Notes: generated by a model from the letters alone, not told the origin. A DNA stretch of 64,000 bases from Vitrella brassicaformis CCMP3155 (GCA_001179505.1 CDMY01000409.1:20845-84844); one strand, 5' to 3'; shown: positions 11,311-24,315, numbered from the stretch's first letter. Numbers and translations: made by a program.

Positions 11311-13508
11311 CTCGCCCCAGCGCCACACGGGCCAGCTGAGGGGTGGCTGGGAAGCGGTCCTTGAAGGCACCACCTCTCACACCAGCCACAAGTGCCTCGG
11401 TCGTCACGACACTAACAAACACTGCAGACAGACAGACAGACAGACAGACAGACGAGATTAATGAGCAAAGCTGGCTCTCTGTCGGCCTGACCGGTGGCGT
11501 CCCACAAATCCTGAATGGTAATCCACGCGACGAAGCCGTGGCTGCTATCGGTGAGCACCAGAAACCGCACACCACCGTGCCAGCCGTCCCGGCTGAATGT
11601 GGTGGTGCATCCGGCCCCACTGGTGTGTGGGGCGACTGTATGAGGAGGCCATCCAGACGGCCACCACCAACACGCCTGAACCAACAACAGGCACAGATAC
11701 ACAAAATCAGAGACGCACCCATCTCGCCACTGGTGTCGTTGACGTGGCGTCACCTGTTGAGGAGTATCCGTGTGCGATTGGGCTGGTGAGTCCTGTCGAA
11801 GTGGTTGAGGATCTTGTTCTTGGCGAATGACGACACTGATGTATTGGTGGACGGAAAGCTCGACTCCCATTGGTTGATATCGCCAAAGTAGTCGATCCCG
11901 CTCTGCACTGGTGGGTCATGCTGCTGTCGGTGCTGCTGGAACAAGTGGCCGGCAGGGAGGGGCGGGTCGACGGCCAGCTGGAAGCCGGGCTTGTCCTTGA
12001 TGGCCCGCACCTCACCGTTGGCATGGCGGAAGATCTGCAGGCAGCTGCCGTCACCGAAGTCGATGTGGCGGCCGACCACCATGAGCTGCGCCAACACACG
12101 GGGAAACGATCTATACGCCTACACCACACCACACACAGACAGACGGAGAGAGAGGATGACTGAGGCCTCTCTGTTTTCTCACCCACTGCCCCTCTGTGTG
12201 TGCCTTACCGTCTTGTTGGCGTGTGTGTTGATGTCATCTGACATGAGGATGACAGGCAGCTCACAGTTGCCGCACTGGCTGGCCAGCTGCAGCACCTCCC
12301 CCGTCTCATCCCACCGCCCGCCCTCCTCGGCTATGCACACCGCCGCCATGAGGTCGGCCATCCCCAGCGATGGGTCGAACCGCACCAGCTGCAGCTGTGG
12401 GGTGTTGATGCCGTCGCCGTCACGGCTCAGTGAGTGGTCCAGTCGGCTGCGCAGCTGGTCTGATGAGAAGGCGTCTCTGATGTCTCGTGAGGCTGCCCTC
12501 AGCTGCAGTGTGGTGCTGATGTCGGGGATGCGGCAGCGGTCTTCGGCATACAGATGGGCGAGGGGGTGCTCCTGGCGCCCCCCTGCAGATCGATACACAA
12601 GGCACATCTGGTGCATGGCGGTCGGTTGTGTCAGACACACCTGACAATGCTGCTGCTGCTGCTGCTGCTCTTGCTGCGGGTGGCTGCGGGACGATGCGAC
12701 GCCGTGGCGGTCGGGCGAGGCGAACAGCTCGTCTACTGCATCGGTCACGATCTGCACACACCACACAAACACAAACAACGACATCAACACGGTGCTGTGT
12801 TGGCGATTCTACTGGTCTTCTGCCATGCTCACCGCTTTGGTGGTCTGTGTGTCGCCCCACATGAGCCGCTGCATCCTCAACGTCGTCATGCTCGACTCCA
12901 ACGCCGACTCGCTAACCGAGCTCTCAGCCACAAGGGCCGCACTCTGACAATGAACAATGGGACAAACCCACACAGGCCGTAGATAGGCCATGACACGTGT
13001 CGCTTCGGCTCACCCATATGCGGCCCGCTATCTCTTTCTGGTTTGTCTTGCGTGTGATGTAGACGGCCGTGGCGGCCAGCAGACGGACATCGCACCCGGC
13101 CAAGTCGATGTCACAGATCGACAAGAACTGCACAGACAGACAGACAGACAGACAGAGAGGGAGGGACAAGCCATTCGATGGCTGGAGGTGTCTGTCTGTG
13201 TGTGGCTGGCTGCCCGACTGACCATGAGGTATTTGGCCAATGAGAACAGGCGGCCGTGGGTGTCCATGCCGGCCGCAGTGAACAGCTTATCCAGACACTC
13301 AATGCCGCACACAGAACAATCAGACCTCACAGCCAGCAGCCGCACCGCCCGCATGACGGTCGCGTCGCGGCAGCCCAGAGATGAGGCGCTCTTTACTAAG
13401 CGATTCACCAACACGGCTGCCACACATGACAGACATCACAGCACACCTCTGAGGGCATCTGTGGTGTGCTGCTGTGTGCAAGTCGGGCGTACCTCTCTGT
13501 GCGGCCAT
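11164..13508 (-). CDS. Expanded F-box-like family, copy 3, fused N-terminally to a degenerate cyclin fold (5' end may extend further)
   Basis: Spliced MAAQRAVLVNRLVKSASSLGCRDATVMRAVRLL..LDKLFTAAGMDTHGRLFSLAKYLMFLSICDIDLAGCDVRLLAATAVYITRK..IWSAALVAESSVSESAL (cyclin-like), continuing via phase-0 introns into IVTDAVDELF..QQQ..EHPLAHLY..family core; terminal exon GEYL stop at 11164. Confidence 0.7.
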
Positions 13509-14318
13509 TTCATGCTACCGACCTGTTTGTCAGACAAACCGAACACAGAGCATCTCTTGATTGATCAGTCATCCGGCATTCCCTCTCTTACTGTCCTGCT
13601 CGCCTCACCGTCACAGCCGCCATGGTGCCCTGCGATGGGCCTCAGCGATGAGTTGAAACCATCAGTTTGTGTCTAATGGGGCTCCTGCTGCCCTCTGGAA
13701 GGCACCACAATCGCTGAAACAGGCTGCAAGGAACGATCGAATCAGTGCGAGCTGGAAGATGAGGAACTTTGAATCCCGGCGATGAAGATGGCCTTTTCGT
13801 GAGCCGCCAGACTTCTGCACAGGCGTGTTGTGTTCTCATTTGGCGTTGAGTGCCTCGCCTGGTGCCGTCTGGTTTCGGGCTGCGTCAATCTCGCGGGCCG
13901 TGGAGGAGATCTCTGCCAGACTGACTGAGCAGCCGTGAGCAAGGGACCAGAGGGCATCCACGGGCAGCCCTGATCTATGTCATTTCGTGGCGTCATTTGT
14001 TCTGCAGGTGTGACCTGTGGCATCTGCGCGGACAGCAGGCGGCAGCGGGACCCTTCAGCAGCAAAAGGGAGGACCGCTGAGCAGACAAGGAGGTCAGATG
14101 GATCAAGCAGAGCAGACACGGACTTATCTGCACCATGTGTGTGTGGGTGTGGGTCTTCGCAGTGTGACGAGATGGAGTCGGCGGCCAGCACAGCAGGGCC
14201 AAGGTCAGTGAGCAAACACGAGGGCGGGCACGAACCACCACCTTTGGCTGGCTGCAGTGCATGGCTGATCGCTGTATACGCCCTGCTTACCTCTGATTGG
14301 GGATTCCCTGGCTCATAG

Positions 14319-15474
14319 GTACCGATGCCGACCGTGATGTGTTGGTCGAGTGTGGCGCCGTGGCGTCGGTCAAGACGCTGCTCCAGTCAGCTGAGCCACC
14401 AATGAGACTCACCGGATGCCTGACGATGGCGTTCGTGACTGGAGGTAGACGGCCACACACATCCCATGCTGCCGCGTCACGAGTGAGGTGCTGTGCTGTT
14501 TGGTGTGGACCGCCTGTGTGCAGGTAGTCCTGCTCACCTGCAGGCTGTCATCGATGCTGGTTTAGTTCCTCTGCTCGTCGACGCGGCCAGGGAGGAGCCT
14601 TCTGGCACGGCAGCAAGGACCACCGGAATTGTAGCCCGAGGATCACAGCGACAGGTGGGTATGGCAGCCAGCGATATGCAAGACACACACGGCACACAGC
14701 CCCACATTGACGTGTGTGTCTGATTGCGTATCCGTTTGTGCAGATTGAGCATGTGATTGAGTGTGGAGGAATTCAGCCCCTTCGTGGCCTGCTCAATGGC
14801 GACACGCTCAGGATGCTGTCAGGCTGTCCTAAGGTAGGTCCACACGCACACAGACTACACGGAAGTACATGTCCATCGCTAGCCCTCCTACCTGTTGTGT
14901 GCTGCCTGTGTGTGTGCATCGGTGCGGGTCGTCAGAAGCAGGCCAACGAGGGCCTCCCCGAAAACCCCTACTGCAGGCTGGTGGAACAGGTCAGAGGACG
15001 AGAGAGAGCGATGGACAGCGGGTACCATTCATTCACACGGCTACCTTGCTCTGACCTCCGTGCAGGCCGGCGGTGTGGAAAAGTTGGTCGAGCTGCAGGC
15101 ACACAACGACGGGAACATCGCAGTGCAGGTGGCCTGCCTGCCTGCACGGCACCGTGTGTGTATGGCACACGACGCGAACACACACTGTCAGTGGGCTGTC
15201 TGTCTCTTGTGTGCTCTTGGGTTCATTCATTCAGGCAATGGCGATCCTCATTGACTACTTCCCAGCTCGCGTCGACGCACAGCGTCTGGAGGCCTTGATT
15301 CAGGCGGGTGTGATTCACGTGGTCCCTGAGCCTGGTGGGGGTGAGGATGACCGGGCCACCCACGTGAGCGACAGCGATGGCGACGAGGAGGCAGACGGCC
15401 AGCTGTATGGCCATGGCGAGGACCAGGAGGAGAAGATAGATAGACAGACGGGGCGCTTCCTCCATGACGCGTAG
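14319..15474 (+). CDS. Importin-alpha-like ARM-repeat protein, C-terminal repeats only (start unresolved, possibly a fragment)
   Basis: GTDADRDVLVECGAV.., GSPAHLQAVIDAGLVPLLV, IEHVIECGGIQPLRGLL, NPYCRLVEQAGGVEKLVELQAHNDGNI, AMAILIDYF match the last ARM repeats of karyopherin alpha. Confidence 0.75.
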
Positions 15475-15857
15475 ATGCGTAGATGCGTGCATTCCTGTGT
15501 GCGAATGTCTGTATGTGTAGCTAGCTGGCGAGAGGGAGACGCAATACAAACGCATACGGATGTGTGGCTGACTGACCCGACGAGCATCGCGTTGAAGTGG
15601 CCAGCCTCTTGCCCGATGGCCGGCCGTGTCTTGATGGAATTTGACTCGTCGCTGAACACATTGACTGACACGACCATGGGGCCAAATGAAATGAGACACG
15701 TTTCGATGGGATTTGACACGAAAGGACGGTTAGTATTATTCTCACACTTATACATACTGGGCAATGTCACGCACATCAGAAAATACATCAACACAACACA
15801 CCGGACAAAGTCGGCCAGCCATCCATCGGTATGCATCGACTGGTTAGAGGGAGGGGG

Positions 15858-16130
15858 AGAGACCGCTGGATACACACATAGCTCGGCAGACAGACCTCAA
15901 AGACAGACCCACCCCAGCCCCTCAGCCCACAGCCAGCCTGGATGGGGACCGTCGGCAGCTATCCATGCAGCCACTTGAATGCAACCCAGCTACAGGTATT
16001 CTCCTGAACACAGACGCACACGCCGGGAGGGCACGGCATCCATTCACACACACATTCCTCCCTCAGTCTGTACCGTCATCGTCGCTGTCGTCGTCCTGCT
16101 GCTGCTGTACTTGTCCGTCGAAGACATATG
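15858..16130. repeat. Near-identical block shared with 11010-11310
   Basis: Direct sequence comparison. Confidence 0.9.
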
Positions 16131-17393
16131 GCGCCACTCGCGCTAGCGCCACACGGGCCAGCTGAGTGGTCACGGGGAAGCGGTCCTTGAAGGCGCCACT
16201 CACACCAGCCACAGGCGCCTCGGTCGTCAGGACACTAACCATCACTGCAGACAGACAGACGAGATTTAATGAGCAAAGCTGCCTGTCTGTCGGCCTGACC
16301 GGTGGCGTCCCACAAATCCTGAATGGCAATCCACGTGACGGACTCGTGGCTGCTGTTGGTCAGCACCAGAAACTGCACACCACCGTGCCAGCCGTCCCGG
16401 CTGATTGTGGTGGAGCAGCCGGCCACTGCTGTGTGGGGTGACTGGGTGAGGAGGCCAGCCAGACGGCCGCCACCAACACGCCTGAACCAACCACACACAC
16501 ACACACACACACAATCACACACGGACCCCTCTCGCCACTTGGGCCACTGGTGTGTCGTCACCTGTTGAGTGATATCGATGTGTCATTGGTCTGTTGAGTG
16601 TGGCAGAAGTGGTTGAGTATCTTGTCCTTGGCGAACGACGACAGCGACGCGTCGGTTGACAGGAGATCGCTCGACCCCCATCTGCCAAAGACGTCAGAGT
16701 AGAAGATGCCGCTCCGCACTGGTGGGTCATGCTGCTGTCGGTGCTGCTGATACAGATGGCCGGCGGGGAGGGGCTGGTCGACGTCCAGCTGGAAGCCGGG
16801 CTCGTCCTTGATGGCCCGCACCTCACCATTGGCACGGCGGAAGATCCGCAGGCAGCTGCCGTCACCGAAGTCGATGTGGCGGCCGACCACCATGAGCTGC
16901 GCCAACACACGGGGAAACGATCTATACGCCTACACCACACCACACACAGACAGACAGACAGACAGACAGAGGATGAGGCCTCTGTGTTCTCTCCCATCCC
17001 CGTGTGTGTGTGCCTTACCGTCTTGTTGGCGTGTGTGTTGATGTCATCGGCCGTGAGGTTGAGGGGCAGCGTGCAGTAGCGGCACTGGCTGGCCCACTGC
17101 AGCACCTCCCCCGTCTCATCCCACCGCCCGCCCTTCTCGGCTATGCACACCGCCGCCATGAGCTCACCCATCCCCAGCGATGGGTCGAAGCGCACCAGCT
17201 GCAGCCGCTGAGTGTTGATGCCATCGCCGTCACGGCTCAGTGAGTCGGCGAGGCGGTTGCGCAGCTCAGCTACGGTGAAGGCAGCCCGGATGCGCCGCGA
17301 TGTGGCCCTCAGGCGGGCAACTGTGACGATGTCGGGCAGATGGCCTCGGCTGCCAACGAACAAGTAGCTGACGGGATGCTCCTGGGCGGCCAT
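15990..17393 (-). CDS. Expanded F-box-like family, copy 4
   Basis: MAAQEHPVSYLFVGSRGHLPDIVTVARLRATSRRIRAAF + conserved core with the same intron positions; terminal exon GEYL stop at 15990. Confidence 0.8.
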
Positions 17394-17486
17394 CGTCCCA
17401 TCAGCCATCATGCCAAGCCGTCAACACATGCCTACGATGAAATCCGCCGAAAAATGGGCTCGGCATGATCGAGTTTATTCAGCCCA

Positions 17487-17786
17487 NNNNNNNNNNNNNN
17501 NNNNNNNNNNNNNNNNNNNNNNNNNNNNNNNNNNNNNNNNNNNNNNNNNNNNNNNNNNNNNNNNNNNNNNNNNNNNNNNNNNNNNNNNNNNNNNNNNNNN
17601 NNNNNNNNNNNNNNNNNNNNNNNNNNNNNNNNNNNNNNNNNNNNNNNNNNNNNNNNNNNNNNNNNNNNNNNNNNNNNNNNNNNNNNNNNNNNNNNNNNNN
17701 NNNNNNNNNNNNNNNNNNNNNNNNNNNNNNNNNNNNNNNNNNNNNNNNNNNNNNNNNNNNNNNNNNNNNNNNNNNNNNNNNNNNNN
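17487..17786. other. Assembly gap (300 N)
   Basis: Run of N. Confidence 0.99.
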
Positions 17787-19286
17787 ACCTCCGCTGTCCT
17801 CTCCGTCGCTGTCGTCGTCCATATCATCCCAACCGCCGCCATGGCCGTCGGAATCTACACCACACAGACAGACAGAGAAGAAATGCCATCCATCCATCCA
17901 TGACCACCATGTGTGTGTCCCATCCTCCCCTGACCGCACCGTCGTCATCGTCATCCTGCTGCTGTTGTACTTGTCCGTCGAAGACGTATGGCGCCACTCG
18001 CCCCAGCGCCACACGGGCCAGCTGAGTGGTCACGGGGTAGCGGTCCTTGAAAGGCGCATCCTCACTCACACGAGCCGCAGGCGCCTCGGTTGTCTTAACA
18101 ATAACCATTACTGCAGACAATGACAGTCAGAAAGAAAGGAGAAATGTGGCAGTTGACGAGCAAAGCTGCCTGTCTATCGACCTGACCGGTGCCGTCCCCC
18201 CAAACCGAAATGCCAATCCACGCGACGAAGTCGTGGCTGGTGTTGGTGAGCACCAGAATCCGCCAACGACCACCCCCGCTGAATGTGGTGGTGCATCCGG
18301 CCACCGGTGTGTGGGGCGACTGGGTGAGGAGGCCATCCAGACGGCCGCCACCAACACGCCTGAACCAACCACACACACACATACACACACACACACATAC
18401 ACACACATACACACACATACAGTAATCAGACCACTCTCGCCACTGGTGGCATTGATGTGTTACCTGTTGAGTCGTATCCTTGTGCCAGTGGTCTGGTGGG
18501 TCTTGCTGAAGTGTTGGAAGATGATGTCCTTGGCCAACGAAGACACTAACGCATCGGTGTACGGGCCAGCGAACGACACCCATTCGCGGGCGGTGTCCCA
18601 GTGGATGCAGCTGGCCACTGGTGGGTCATGCTCTAGTCGGTGCCGCTGACACAGATGGTCGGCAGGGAGGAGCGGGTTGATCGTCAGCTCGAAGCCGGGC
18701 TCGTCCTTGATGGCCCGCACCTCACCATTGGCACGGCGGAAGATCCGCAGGCAGCTGCCGTCACCGAAGTCGATGTGGCGGCCGACCACCATCAGCTGCG
18801 CCAACACACGAGCTACCGATCTAAACGCCTAGACCACACCACACACACAGACAGAGAAGAATGAATGGGGCCTCTCTGTTCTCTCCCCGCCCCTCTGTGT
18901 GTGTGCCTTACCGTCTTGTTGGCGTGTGTGCGAATGTCATTGGCTGTGAGGTTGACGGGCAGTGTGCAGTAGCGGCACTGGCTGGCCCACTGCAGCACCT
19001 CCCGCGTCTCGTCCCACCGCCCGCCCTCCTCGGCGATCCACACCGCCGCCATGAGGTCACCCATCCCCAGCGATGGGTCGAACTGCACCAGCTGCAGCCG
19101 CTGAGTGTTGATGCCATCTCCGTCACGGCTCAGTGAGTTGGCGAGGCGGTTGCGCAGCTCGGCTACGGTGAAGGCAGCCCGGATGCGCCGCGATGTGGCC
19201 CTCAGGCGGGAAACCGTGACGATGTCGGGCAGATGGCCTCGGCTGCCGACAAACAAGTAGTTGACGGGGTGCTCCTGGGCAGCCAT
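17787..19286 (-). CDS. Expanded F-box-like family, copy 5 (3' end runs into gap)
   Basis: MAAQEHPVNYLFVGSRGHLPDIVTVSRLRATSRRIRAAF, close paralog of copy 4; acidic exon DSDGHGGGWDDMDDDSDGEDSG just before the gap. Confidence 0.8.
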
Positions 19287-19662
19287 CGTCCCGTCAGCCG
19301 CCCCAGCCGTCACGCCAAGCCGTCAACACATCGCTACGACGGAAATCACATGCGCTGGTACTCGGTTGTGTTCTCATTGGTCAGGAGCTGGCCCAGGAGC
19401 GTCTGGGGGTGTCGCTCGACAGTCGATCTGGTCATGTGGGCCGGGTGGGGGCAAGGGGAGACTTCAAGCCGTTTCGTCTACAGACTGCATGACTGTATTT
19501 TTCTGCGCATGTTTCTTCCTTTTTCATTCACAGATGTACATATCTATGTACAGTCATTGAGACCCGTCCACACGCAGTGCTCCCAAGCGACAAAGCGAAA
19601 CAAGGACAGCAGAATGAATGAATGGGTGAGAGGAATCGAACGCACAGACAATGAACGCCATC

Positions 19663-20739
19663 TTAGCCACTCTCGCGGATGTTGTCCTGGAATTTCTGAA
19701 TAAAGGATGACAGGTTGTCCACAATGGAATCCTGAGCAAAACCACGGTCGTCCGCCTCCCTATCCAAAGACACAAAAGACGCACGGGCAGACATATATAC
19801 AGACCCAGAGCAATGTCTCTCCACTGTCCGTTTGCGTTGCATTCCTCTGCTGACTTTTCGATGTCTTCTCTGAGTTTTTGCACGGCGAGGGCCGCCAACT
19901 GCTCGCCCTTGAGCTGCCTCTTCTCCAGCTTGTCCTGCTCGACGGTCGTGTCGTCTCGAAGCTTGTCGATCTGAGAGACAGCGGTGGAAGCTGTGTGATG
20001 TGATGTCTGGTGTCGGTGGTATGTCTCTCTCTCTCTCTCACCATGACTTCCAGCTTGAATCTTTCCTGCTCCAGATCTTTCCTGTGCACATCAAAGTGCT
20101 CCCTCATCTTTTGCGCGACCTCTTTCTGCACCATCAATGGTGAGACAACGAGTGCAGTGCAGCACGCATGTCACTTTCTGGCTGGTTGGCTGTGTGGATG
20201 CTGTGAGTGAGTGGCTGACTGACCTCTTTCTGCAGTCTGTGTTTCCTCTCTGTCTCGAGCCCCTCGTTGAGGTGCTCCACGTTCTTCTGTACCGCACCCA
20301 GTGTGTCCTCTACAGCCTTGACGCGCTCGTCCTTCTCCTGGCAATCGGGTGATGCGGACAAAGAAGAAAACAGTCCGGTCTATGCGGTGTCTGTCTCTCG
20401 CACCTTTTGCAGCTCTTCAAAGCATTTCTCAATCTGCTGGTCCAGCACTTTGATGTCACCCCTGCAGGAAGGAGACAGCAAGAGAGAGAGACACACACAC
20501 AGACAGATGCATGCATTTGCGCGGTGGGCTTTTCGCGCACTTGAGCTCTTCGTATCGCTCCTCCAGAGCTGCCTTCTGCTCTTCCCGGAGACTTGACAAA
20601 TCGAACTCAAATTTCTGAATACACAAAGGCGAGGCGGACAGTCGGATGGAAAGGCGAGAAAATGGCGTTATTGGTGTTCATGTTATCATTACGCTTTGGA
20701 AGGACTTGATGATGTCCATCAGCCTCTTGGTCTCTGCAG

Positions 20740-20771
<32 letters not shown>

Positions 20772-21374
20772 CCAACATACTGCACGGGAGTGAAGCCATC
20801 CCCATCGACCCGCCCAGGTGACCTGCTTGGATGAGGTTGTTTGTTGCTTGTATCCTCATAAGCACATCCTGGTGCCTCTCCTCCTGCAATCGTCTCTGCT
20901 CCTCACGCATACGCTGCGCCTCCTCAAACACACGAGCCATCGCCATCACCTGCATCGATCACACACAGACAGACAGCCATCCACACACGAAGGGGGTGAG
21001 TGGTTGTGTCTTTGCCTCGCGCACCTGTCCCGCCAGCGCATTGAGTTTCTCGTCTTTGCTGCTGGGAAGGTCTTCCTTTCTTGTTGTCCTCTCCATGCCC
21101 TCTGACCCCTCCACTGCCCTCCTCTCGATGGCCTTGGCGCCCACACTGCTCCTCAGCTCCGCCTCCCTGACCATGAATCATCAATCAGAATGGGTGGATC
21201 GCTACATGCACCGCATACACGATTCCGTCTGGGCCGTACGTACCTGATGGTCATGACTTGGCTCTTGTTCAGGCCGTCTGCTTCGTGCTTGCCCAGTCCC
21301 CCAACAGAGCGCTTCTTGTGGCTTCCAGCCGGACTGGACACCTCGGCATTCCGCAAACGGCTACGCGTCGACAT
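19663..21374 (-). CDS. Coiled-coil protein, SF-assemblin/beta-giardin-like
   Basis: Ser/basic head MSTRSRLRNAEVSSP.. then E/K/Q-rich coiled-coil exons; last exon EADDRGFAQDSIVDNLSSFIQKFQDNIRESG stop resembles the SF-assemblin C-terminus. Confidence 0.55.
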
Positions 21375-21492
21375 CGGACTATCAGAGGCAAGAAGCGACG
21401 GAGTACTGAAAGGGATCTTCACATCTCAGCTCGCAAAGTTTCGGGCCCCGCGTGAAACCGCTCTCTCTTTCACTCCTTTCCTTTTTCAGTCG

Positions 21493-23868
21493 ATGACGCG
21501 CAGTGGTGCAGAGCGAAAACGACGCTGGTAAAGCAAGGCTGCTCGCACCTCATGCATCCCCTTCGCATGCCCTTCCTCTGTGTGTGTCTGTGTGTGTCCA
21601 TCGACAGGAAGCTGAACAAGCGCCTTCAGGCCACCGCGTCGTGGCTGGGGGGTGACGGCCAGTCTGACTCGACATGGATCTCCCACGCGGGCAGCGCACC
21701 GGCCATCCTCAACCCATCGATGGTCATCACACCTCGAGGCTTCTCGAGGCCACCAGGGGGGCCTGATGAGCGGCGGACCGATGGGGGGAGTCCAATGGTG
21801 CCGCTTCTGGGGAGCGGTGGCTTCCCGCCTCGCGTGTCTGGGCAGGCCGCGTCTGACAGGGGAGGGGTGACCTTGTCAGACAGGGAGTTCCAGATGGGCA
21901 GCCAAGACTCGGGCGGATCTCTCGGTGCGCGAGGGAATGGACGGGGATTGTCCACTGCTGACCTCACTTTCTGTCTGTTTCTGCCAGGTGACGAGTCTGA
22001 GGATCCCCGGTTTCCTGCTTTCAGCGAGCCGGCGCCATACCATCTCTCAGGTCACACACACAGCCGGCCATATGTGCGCTTGCATCCACACGTCTTGTTA
22101 TTTTGTTCTTCCTGCATGTAGCTGCGGAGCGTACGTGTCTGAAGACGCTGGCCCGCATGCGTGAGGCGATAGACCCCGCCAGTCCCTTCCACATGCTGAT
22201 GGACCGGCTGTGTCGCATGGTCTTCAAGAAGGACTTCTGTGTGCTCGACCAGTGGACGAGGGCAACCACTACCATGATCGAAAATGTATGCCAGCCAGCA
22301 CTGCTGGAGAGCACCCCCATGGGCTCCGCATGTCAATGGATACTGTGTGGTGGTGTGTTCAGGCGACGGCGAGCGCGATCGAGGTTGAGGTGGCCCAGTG
22401 CGACTTTCTCTGCCTAAACCCCACCATCCACGAGGCAGCCGGAGATAAGGTACTCACCACATCGCAACACGATGACGCCCCACCACGCATTGACCATTGT
22501 CTGTTTCGGCCTGCCTGCCTCCGTGCCTGGCTGCCTGCAGTCCTTCCCTCCTGACGTGAATCGGAAGATGATGCGTGGTGGGGAGGCGTACGTCATCCCC
22601 TCTGGCTGGTGCCGCCTGGGCATCAAGGGCGGAGAGCTGCCGTCACACTGGTGTGTCGCATTCGCCGGTACGCAACCCACCACATACTCACACAGCCTCA
22701 GACACAGCCACATGCGATGGATGAATGTGTGTGTTTGTGTGTTCAGGCAAGAACTTCTCTCGGCGGAACTCGCTGTTTGAGAACAACATCCTGCTGCCGG
22801 GCATCTTCTACCGCGACGGCACTGTCCTGCTGCGCCGCTTCGACGTCCCCCCGCCGAAGTCCCCCGCACTCACACCCTTCGCCACGGCCGCACCCACACC
22901 ATCGCCTCCCCTGCTGCACAAGGAACTCCCGGCATCCAGCCACAGCGACACGTCCTTTCTCTCCCTGCAGTCATCCGAGGCTTCGGGCAGCGAATTGGAC
23001 AGCGAGCGGCAGCAGCGGCGTGCGACATCTGCGGTGGAGGGGCGGGCGATGCGAAACCTGCCGGCGGTGACGGAGGCGTCTCAGAGTGTGCACTATGCGG
23101 GGCTGCACTCGCAGCCCCATGCGCTGGAGCGGTCGTATGTGCAGTTCTCATTCCAGGTGCTGGTGCACCCGCAACACGTCAGGCGGACTAAGGGTAGGGT
23201 GAGCGGGGGAAATCCATCCACACATTCACAGAGATGAGTGTGACGATTGTGTATCGTGTCTGTCGGTGTGCAGGCCAGCTGGCGGCGGCCATATGGCCCT
23301 GTGAGCTGCCTTTTGACCCCAACTACCCGGACAACGAGCTCGAGTGGCACATACGCGACCCATCCAAGGTCATCATCATGGGCCTCCTATTCAGAGAGGT
23401 CAGCGAGCGACCGCACAGACGTCCATAGTGACAACACACAACAGCGGCCTGCTCTGTGTGTGTGTGCGTCAGGTGGCGGTGCATCCGTTCGACCTGAATC
23501 TGCGTCGGCAGCAGGAGGTCGAGGCCTTCAGGCAGATGCGCATGCGCGAGCCACCCGCCATATGGCTCTACAAATACGCCGACCACTCACAGCCTGTCCG
23601 ATTCCCAACCGGTGAGGAAGCGAGACCACACACACACACCCTCATGTCATGCACAAGGACAGGCAGGCAGGCAGATCGGCCCACGGCTGTGTCGTGTTGT
23701 GTCGTGTTGTGTCGCGTTGTGCTGTGTGTCAGGCATCCAGAGTTTGCTGAACAGTGAGTATCGTGCGGGCAAGGCGCGATCATCGGCATTTCGGCTTGAA
23801 GACATGGACATCCATGGAGCCTGTTAGCCATCATAGACAGGCGGGGAGGGAGCCAACACCAACAGCCG

Positions 23869-23902
<34 letters not shown>

Positions 23903-24315
23903 TGTGTGCAGTCGCGCCCGGTGCGCCTGCGGTGTTGTGGGACGTCGTCTTCATGATCCCTGCCCTCAGACAGGTACGCACACACCAGCCACATACCCCT
24001 CTTCATCTGTCAAGGTATCGTTCTTTCCGTCAGGTGAACAACCCTACAGTGTGTTTCTCGGTCACCCGTGTGGTGCAGGACGACCGGCCGGCCCCCCACG
24101 ACCCACTGCGCGCTCTCGGGAGCGACAGCAGCGCGGCCCCCATCACCGTCGACCTTGCCAACTTGCGGGGTCACCACTTCATCCCCGGCATGCGGGAGGA
24201 TACTAATCCGCCGGGCGTGGGTGGTGTGGGTCTGGGGCTGCGTCTGCTGCCGCAGTTGCCGCAGTCTGAGGGGCCGGGGCTGCCCAGGACAGAGGCTATC
24301 GACCACGCCAGATGA
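21493..24315 (+). CDS. NEURL4-type ADP-ribosyltransferase-fold protein with downstream WWE-like domain
   Basis: RGGEAYVIPSGWCRLGIK..HWCVAFAG, SVHYAG, YVQFSFQVLVHP..PFDPNYPDNELEWHIRDPSKVIIMGLLFRE parallel the NEURL4 C-terminal ART domain; IWLYKYADHSQPVRFPTGIQSLLNSEYRAG..WDVVF is WWE-like. Confidence 0.7.
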
